From assembly GCA_051362555.1 (NCBI GenBank), contig CM120645.1:8370001-8434000 (forward strand): DNA of 64,000 nt, given 5' to 3'. A program made the translations under genes and the position numbers. This document shows, piece by piece, positions 56,557 to 64,000 of the stretch. The notes under the pieces were generated by a model, which was not told the DNA's origin, searched no databases, and was given only the letters and a program-made list of their open reading frames with translations. Source of the DNA: Lingula anatina. Lineage: Eukaryota; Animalia; Brachiopoda. Each line of letters opens with the position of its first letter. The first letter of the stretch is position 1.

Positions 56557-59439
56557 CATACACACACGCACACATGAACACACACCTGTACTTACATAAC
56601 TGTATTGATGCCTGCCAACTGTTGAAACATCTGCAAACAACATCCCACAATCAAAGATCGTCGCACTTGAGGTGTTTTTAACATCTGCACAATGATTAAT
56701 GTATTTCCTGAAGAATAATAATTAAATAACTTAGAGTTACAACAGAGAAAAAACACTGAGATAGGTAGGTCGTCTGGGCTCCAAAAGGATATTATATAGC
56801 TCAGTTATCTGCTGACACAGAGTCATTTAGATTTTGGTGGTGATCCATATAAAAATTATTATATTGTAATAAGTAATTAATCAATTAAAATTAAATCAAT
56901 TAAATGTAATTGTTTAATTAAAAATTAATTTAATTTAATTAATTAATTAAAATCAGTAATATAAAAATAATTGATTGATTAATTAATTAAGTAAGTAAGG
57001 AAGTAATTAAATCAATTAAAAATACAGTAATCAAAAGTGAGCCGCTACAAATGGCGAAGGTCAGGCTCTCTGAGTGCTTTTCTTTATTATTATTTTTTTC
57101 AATGAGATGTTAATCTTTTAATCCTACTTACCTAGAGCCAACCGGGCTTCTTTATCCTCTTCATCTGCTGTTTTAATACTGTCTATTTCTTCCCCTACAT
57201 CCTCTGTACCACGGATTTTAGACAAAACCATGGTCGCTTTCTCCACTTGCCCATTTTTTACCAGCCACCGGGGACTTTCTGGCATAAACATGAAGCCAAT
57301 GAACTGTACTAGTGAAGGCAATCCAGCCAGACCCAGCATGTATCTGAAAATGTTTAAAATTTCTAATATCAAACTTTTTAATTTAAACTTTTATTTTAAG
57401 AATAAAGCAGGCGGTACTGATGTTGTTAAACTCTTATATTTCAATGTCTATCTAGAGCACCTCATCAGTATAAGCTGTTGATTGAAGAAAAAAAATAACT
57501 TTTTTCTTTTAACATTTAACACAGCTGATGAAATTCTTCTTAAACTTTAATTTTACTATCAAATAAGTGACATGTCTACTACCCCTTACATGAAATGCTG
57601 ATTCATTGAACTCTCATACTATTTTCATTTTCATCTTTCCTTTTGGTCTGAGTCTAATCATCGACATGTTCTTTTAAAACAATATTTGATTGACTGAGTG
57701 CCTGAGTTACAGATCCATAAGACAGGAGTGGTTTTAGAGAGTAATAAAGGTTATAATATCACTTCAATCTTAAGTATATCTGTGTATATCTGTGTCATAT
57801 TCACTTCTGTCTCTGCTTTCAATCAACCAGAAACACTGTAGGCTTTGGAGATGCAAATTCCATGTAATAACACAATAAAAATAAGTAAAACATTCCCTAC
57901 CTCCATCCATTTTTATGGTCAAAGCAGAAAGCGCCATCTATAACACTGGCCACACACTGACCCCCTGTGATGAAGATGTTATTCAGAGTGACCAGTCGAC
58001 CACGGAGATGAGAGGGGGCACTCTCGGCTATGTACATGGGAACTGTGGTTGAAGCAAATCCTGAAATGATAAGTATGGTTTAAGATTTAAATCAGCTTTC
58101 ATGAGTTGATAAAGACAATGAAAATCCACCTCATTTCCAATGTACAGGTATATAGACACCAGTTTTTTTGTATTCTGCTCAATGTCAGGAGGTGGCTTAT
58201 TAGTCTGTTAATCTGACTGCATTCAGCAAGAATCCCAGTAAAGTGTGTGCACATTAGCTTGGTCGACATAATTCATTCTGAACAGTCGATCCCTAAGACC
58301 CAGCTGTTTTACAGGGTTTAAAGGCAAAAAAGTTTCTGGCACAGACTGAGTAAATGCCACCCACCTATGCCTATTCCCAGTAGAAACCTCCCACCCAGCA
58401 ACATCCATGCATTCTGTGCTGCGGCCAATACTGCAGCCCCCACAGTGAAGACGAAACTGGCCATTAGAGTGGTAGGCTTCCTCCCAAGCCCATCATTGAC
58501 AATGCCCCCTATGAGGGCAAAAACTGCAGCTGCACCTACAGTATGCAATAAAAGTGAAATTAAAATAAAAGTAAAATTGTTGTTTTAAAGGCATACAGTC
58601 AACACTGGACCTTTACTGGTATGCATGCAGCAATAATGACAATAATAATAACTTTTCTGGAAATTTTTACAAATTTTCTACTTAATATAACCAAATTAAA
58701 GTCATATCCAAAACCGTTCAGAAACTTGTCATCTAAACAGTTGTTTGTCATTACGAGTGAAATTCAGCAGACTTGATCTTCTCACAATGATGTCTCAAAT
58801 ATTGGATAATTTCATATGGCTTAAAATGAATCTATACCCCAGTAGATCATAATATGTCAGCAGTTAAGAGTAACTTGGATTAAAGGGAAGAGAGGATCAA
58901 TTTTTAGGATTTTTCCATAAAGACCTATATAACGTCCTTAATTAATAGTGTCTTTACGAGTACTAATAATAATTACAAGTACCTGCGGGCGTGCGTGTGT
59001 GTGTGTGCATGCGTGTTATTCATCTCCTCTTTAATCGTATCTTACCTATTGTGACGCTAACAACCATTTCATGCCATAACGGGCTGAGCAAGAAATCGTC
59101 ATCGACTAGCAGCATAGCTCCTGAGACCACGCCAGTATCATAGCCAAACAAGAAGCCTCCGATCGCTGAGAAAAATGTCAAATAATACACAAACCAAGGA
59201 GTTGGTTCACGCCTTGGTGAATCATAACGCCGATTCTGAACTCCATTTACTCTGTAGTCTTCCTCTGAGTCTGAGCTTGAGAAGGCAGTTTCGTTGTCCT
59301 TGGTTTTACTTTTCCTCGGTGACCGGTGCCTATTTTGTCGTGTTGATCGGTCCTCGTTTACGAGTAAAGGGGTTTTGTCGCCTTCCTTGGGTTCGTCATC
59401 GCATGCCGAACCACTAAAGGGACAGTTTTCTTTACTCAT
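52575..59439 (-). CDS. SLC2A13: Proton/myo-inositol cotransporter HMIT (~614 aa, 10 exons)
   Basis: Exons (minus) 59439-59046, 58535-58365, 58060-57901, 57343-57132, 56707-56596, 55322-55159, 54454-54340, 54029-53791, 53501-53349, 52699-52575 total 1845 nt in frame. Motifs: [61 protein letters not shown], the HMIT-specific Cys-rich loop ([28 protein letters not shown]) and [24 protein letters not shown]. Confidence 0.93.
53165..53270. mobile_element. Degenerate fragment of the 11745-12379 foldback MITE arm
   Basis: TCTAAG.T.GTT.T..GTGGTTTT.AA.TTTATGCAC...CCAATCAAGGTGACAGC matches ~12145-12250. Confidence 0.6.
54500..54880. repeat. Degenerate minisatellite of AACACACTGTCAC-like units
   Basis: Repeated CTAACACACTGTCAC / TGTCACA variants in an SLC2A13 intron. 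Confidence 0.6.
54896..55154. mobile_element. MITE family A variant inserted in an SLC2A13 splice donor
   Basis: TTA|GACCCTGTTCCCATACCTAGATTGATCTAGCAGGAT ... ATCCTGCTAGATCGATCTAGGTATGGGAATGGGGTC|TTA. The right TSD overlaps the GTAA of the donor. Confidence 0.8.
56435..56585. repeat. Imperfect (CA)n microsatellite
   Basis: Direct observation, in an SLC2A13 intron. Confidence 0.9.
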
Positions 59440-59499
59440 GATTGTTTTCTACATAAAAAAAACACACAGTAGTTCCTCGGAGTCATCTGCACGCTCGCA

Positions 59500-59570
59500 A
59501 TGTTTACGTCACGTGCCTTTCGGCGACTTCCGGCTCATCTGACACAATACAGTTCATCTGACACAATTAC
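59500..59570 (-). promoter_or_regulatory. SLC2A13 proximal promoter motifs
   Basis: About 70-95 bp upstream of the ATG: GTCACGTG E-box overlapping a CRE-like TTACGTCA (59504-59515), an ETS site ACTTCCGG (59526-59533) and a duplicated TCATCTGACACAAT. Confidence 0.45.
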
Positions 59571-60012
59571 AAGGAACACTTTCTTGGAATAGGTTGCGTT
59601 CCGTCGCTTCATGTTTGGTCGCTTGTATTTTGTCGCGGTGGTGGGCATCCCCAAAGGACGTATGCTTTGAAAATGTGTTGGTCTTTTCTAATTCGCTAGT
59701 GCATTGAAAGTCTTTTTATTTTCCCTCATTCAGTGTCTAAATGAGCATCACACGTACTGATCAAAGCAGGTAAGCCTTCCATAATATAGCTTGTAAGCAC
59801 GTGGGCTTATCTGCAGACCTTCAACTTCACCCCCCCCCACACACACACATACACACACACACACACAAACAAACACACAACCCATCTACCCACCCACCCT
59901 ACTAGTCCAAGAAATTGGTGCAGAAAAAAGGGTGAATTGTGCATTTTTTACCTACAAGCGTGAAATTTGCCACAGTTGTAGATAATGGAATTCTAAGCTA
60001 TTTTGGATATAT

Positions 60013-60209
60013 GGGCATGTCTGAAAATTCCAGTATGGCCGCCAAATCCAATATGGCCTCCACAAATACTCTTTTAAATTAAAACATCTAATATATAGTC
60101 CTAAAATGGTTTAGAATATCATTTTATAGCTGGAAAATATCATGCTATGAATGAATTATCAATATCCGCTTCTACAGGTGTATAGAATTCCAAAATGGCC
60201 TCCAAAAGT
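60013..60209 (+). repeat. Interspersed repeat, copy 1 (copy 2 at 63638-63826)
   Basis: GGGCATGTCTGAAAATTCCA.TATGGC.GCCAA...AATTCCAAAATGGCCTCCAAAAGT is shared between the two loci. Confidence 0.75.
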
Positions 60210-63200
60210 AAAATAAGCAGTTTACTTACGCAAAATATGCAGCAGTTTTGTAAAATCATCAAGCACTTACAATTACAAGCATAAAAATTGGCACAGTTAT
60301 GTACACTATAGCTAATAAGTCCCCGGTCACTTTAATAGCACACGCTGTCTACATCAGACGCGCTAATGCGCACGTCCCCGACAGTGTTAATGATAGGGGG
60401 ATTACGATGGACAGCGCATGTTGCTCACAGCAGTAGGCACTGCCGCCGAAGTTAAACCGGTAATTAAGTCTTTAACTTGACTAAACATGTTTTGCTTTGT
60501 AACTTGCGTCCTTCAGTCTTGCTGTTGCGGAAGCGCCGGCGGGACATATCTCCACCTTGCCGATATTTATCCCGACTCTCGACTTTAAAAGTATTATTGG
60601 TTTTGATTTTATCATAGTCTTATTATATCAGAAAACCTGCATGTTTTCATACGTTAAGAGAATTATAGAAACTGTAGAAAAAGCTACTCGTACATCAGGG
60701 ATAAAAAACAACACCTTGCAGCACTATTACCTATTATTCATCACCAGAAGTTACTGTTTCACTTTTTTCTCCCAAATTACAAAGTCTGATGACAACTGAA
60801 AGCCTTTAGCCATACCTCAGGGCAGTGGGAGATAGTCTGGATTTGATTAAATGTAATAAAAGTATATTTTGAAGAATTTTCTTAGCCTTCGGCAATTTCC
60901 GCAAAGCTTCGGCATGCGCGGCAATACAGAGCTGTCGATATCTGCATGCGTGAACAATAGAATTGGTGGAACAACGGTTAACGTCGTTGAATCGTCTGCA
61001 ACCTACCCGACGGGAGTTCGTGTCCCTGTCGGTACTTTTGAAGATTTTGAAATTGTCATTTTAATAAATATCTATTAATATATAAAACAGTCGTGGCTAA
61101 TTGTTTTTGCAACGGAAAGCACAGTAGGAAGGTTTGTTGTTATTGTTAAAGTTATTATTACTGGGGACATAAATTAGTATGCTAATCTCTTATCATGGTA
61201 TAATGATTGATACGATGGGTATCAAATAGTTTTCCTTTGATATAAACAACAAAAGAGCGGCCTTCCAAATATCTTTGCTGAATGTTTATAACGTAGGTAC
61301 TATTATGCGCAAAAATATTGATACATGACGCAAACGACATTTACTAATTTTGGTAATATCAATTTTAATTAAAATTAAATTTAATTGAAATTAAAATTAA
61401 AATTTGTCTAAACGTGCATATTACCATTCACCTTGTTTAAAGGGTTCGCAACACTACATTCTAATACATTTTGCCAATTTTCATGTTTGCTAGTTTATTT
61501 TAATTTGAGAGAAAGCGAGAGAAGACCCTCTACTAGGGCCGCAAATTAATTATGAGTATTTTTCTTCAGTGCAAGAGACTGTGTAATGAAAAATCAATCT
61601 GTAACTCTGGTATAGGGTGGCCTTGTGTGTGTAATAATATACAAGTAGGGGCAGGGGTACAGTTTTGTAGTACAAATAGTCATTTTATACATCTTATTGA
61701 TCTCATCGTCGGGTCATTGTTTACAATAGCGCTTTGTCGCTGTGCGTACCTTTTTGCATTTGAGTTAGACTCAGTCAGTAACAGCTGGTGATTTTGTCTT
61801 TTTTGCGTTTCATTGACAATATTTTGGCCACCTAAGTAGGGAAATGTGGCTCTTTGTTTTGAAATGACATTTCCATTGTTCCTTTGAACATGCAAAAGTC
61901 AACACACTTACGTCAACATACTTACTTTGTAATACCAACCCAGGGGAAGAAACAAAAGCCTCATAAGGTGTCGTAATTCACACTGTAAAAGGTGTTAATT
62001 TCATGCTTCTATTGTTTGCCCATGAATCATTATGACAAATTTGTAGGGTTGCCAGATCACTGGCGCTTCATTCAATTCTCTATATCTGCCCTGCAGCCTG
62101 GGATGAGTGATACTTGACTGACCTTTGTTTACATCTGGAGATTTTCTTTATAATTCGATCAGTGTGCATAAATTATGATATTTTCCATCAGGAAAAATAC
62201 GTGATAATGTTACGATTCTTATTTTACGGATACATAATTACAAAAATTAATTCCTGATTTAATACCCCCTATTTCAGCGCCTATTCCTGGCTGCGTTAAT
62301 TATGGGGGGTTGGAAAGTAATCCGTTAGAACGCAGGAGTGATGATTGCTACTCTTACCAACGGTGCATCACCGATCAACTAATCTCAGCCACCTGAAGCA
62401 GAATCACCAACAAAAGACAAATTGGACTACATCTGCCTTCTTGTTGAGACATCTTATGTAAAAAAGGCGATAACGGTCAAAACATACGTGCTTCGTGGTT
62501 TATTAAATGTTCATCGTATTTTTTACAATAAGGATGGCTAGTGGCAGCATTTATAAGTTCTTTTATTTAGAAACTTTCCGATCCTTTGTCTGGGACTGCG
62601 TCCGAGAAACGGCGATAACGACAGAGACGTCCTCGAACATTTTGGACTCAGTGCAAATAAAAAAAAAATCCGTTAAGAAGTAGCCTTTAAATGTCCTGGC
62701 AAATAATTTTGCGATGGCGCAGAGAGTTCTAGAATGAATGACAAGCAACGACATTAGGGTTAATAATAGACTAAAAACTATCAGAGTGTAGGCCTGTCTT
62801 ACTTCATTTCTAAGGCCATCTTGTGATACGAGTCATGCTACACTACAAAAGAGGGAGTAGCAGTGGATGATTTAATACAGGGATACCATCGATAGTATAT
62901 CAATAGAAAATCGCAATCCTCAAATGTTTTTTAATTCATTAAATATAAACGGTCTTTTCTCGTACAATGGGTCTGGTATAGTTGTATTGGCCTATCAGTT
63001 GGAAACACGTGGTTCGTCTACAATTGCAAATGGCGGAGGTGCCGTGGTAGTTATTGTCTTAAAATTAGCTGGATACGGTGCACGTGAGAAAATTATTCAT
63101 TAAATTTAGTTTTCGAGCGTCAGCTTAATCTGGTAAAATGCGAGACGAAAAAAATGATAGATAGAGCCTTATGACCCACTGTAGAATGATGCCGAATAAT

Positions 63201-63637
63201 ACATCAACGACGTAGTTTATCGGCAGATAAACGTGTTTCCATTCTCGGCTGACTGAGGAAAGGTTTGAGAGAGCATTTAAAGAAGAGGCGGTCGAACCAA
63301 TAGTGAGTAGGAAGTGTGCTGCAATCAAGACGAACAATACCGATCATAAGTGGACAGCTAATAACCCCTAATTAACCCCGGGTTACGCGCTGCTGTGTTG
63401 ACTCCTTGCTGGGAAGGGGTAGCGGCCTCCTACTGCTGTGCGTAATCAAACATTGTCTTCTAACATGCGGCTACACGACGGTTGCATTGTATTAATAAAG
63501 TAATACCTATTCATAAGGAAGGGGGCGGATGGTAATCTTACGAGAATTAAATCAGTTATGGATCATACGCGTACCAATAGTCGTGTTTTTTTTTTAGCTA
63601 TACGGTAGAACATGATTCTAAGCAACGTTGGATGTAG

Positions 63638-63826
63638 GGGCATGTCTGAAAATTCCAATATGGCAGCCAATTTCAATATTGCCCCCAAAATACCCTTTCA
63701 AGGTGAAAGTTATTTGTATAGTCTTTTATAAAAATATCATTTAATGGTTAGAAAATACCATTGTATGTATGAAGTATCAGTATCTGCCACTTAAGGTTTT
63801 AAAATTCCAAAATGGCCTCCAAAAGT
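63638..63826 (+). repeat. Interspersed repeat, copy 2
   Basis: Diverged direct copy of 60013-60209. Confidence 0.75.
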
Positions 63827-64000
63827 CAGCAGACCACAACTATTGAATTGTAATCACTCGTGAATAGGCATGTGGGCTTTGCAAACTACCTGTATAATCA
63901 GCATATTCCTACCTGTGCAGGAGCTATTCTACAGAGTTTTTAAAAAACCATCAAGCATGATACATTTATTTTGTACTGAAAACAGTCCTTCTTTTGATAA

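Noticed and set aside
56304-56650. Cys/Val- and His/Thr-rich ORFs
   Set aside because: Translations of the (CA)n repeat.

Overview
AT-rich, intron-rich animal genomic DNA, probably a marine invertebrate such as a mollusc (inferred from gene content and repeat types). I reconstructed five spliced protein-coding genes by hand, all with GT-AG introns and consistent exon phases. (1) The 3' part of a GT7 beta-1,4-Gal/GalNAc-transferase whose frame continues through an EGF-like exon and three C-type lectin exons, an unusual fusion and the most novel-looking feature (+, <460-6501). (2) DALRD3 (+, 8774-16282). (3) A NET1/ARHGEF3-type DH-PH RhoGEF (-, 41449-19226), with a duplicated splice donor and a candidate alternative first exon. 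(4) Head-to-head with it, an IL-17-receptor-like SEFIR protein with a mucin-like stalk (+, 41831-50103). (5) SLC2A13/HMIT (-, 59439-52575). Introns and spacers hold many MITEs (Harbinger-like TWA-TSD, Tc1/mariner-like TA-TSD, hAT-like 8-bp TSD), some nested and one inserted into a splice donor, plus a LINE 3' fragment, an apparently perfect 269-bp tandem duplication and microsatellites. No rRNA, tRNA or CRISPR array was seen. Most six-frame ORFs are spurious.
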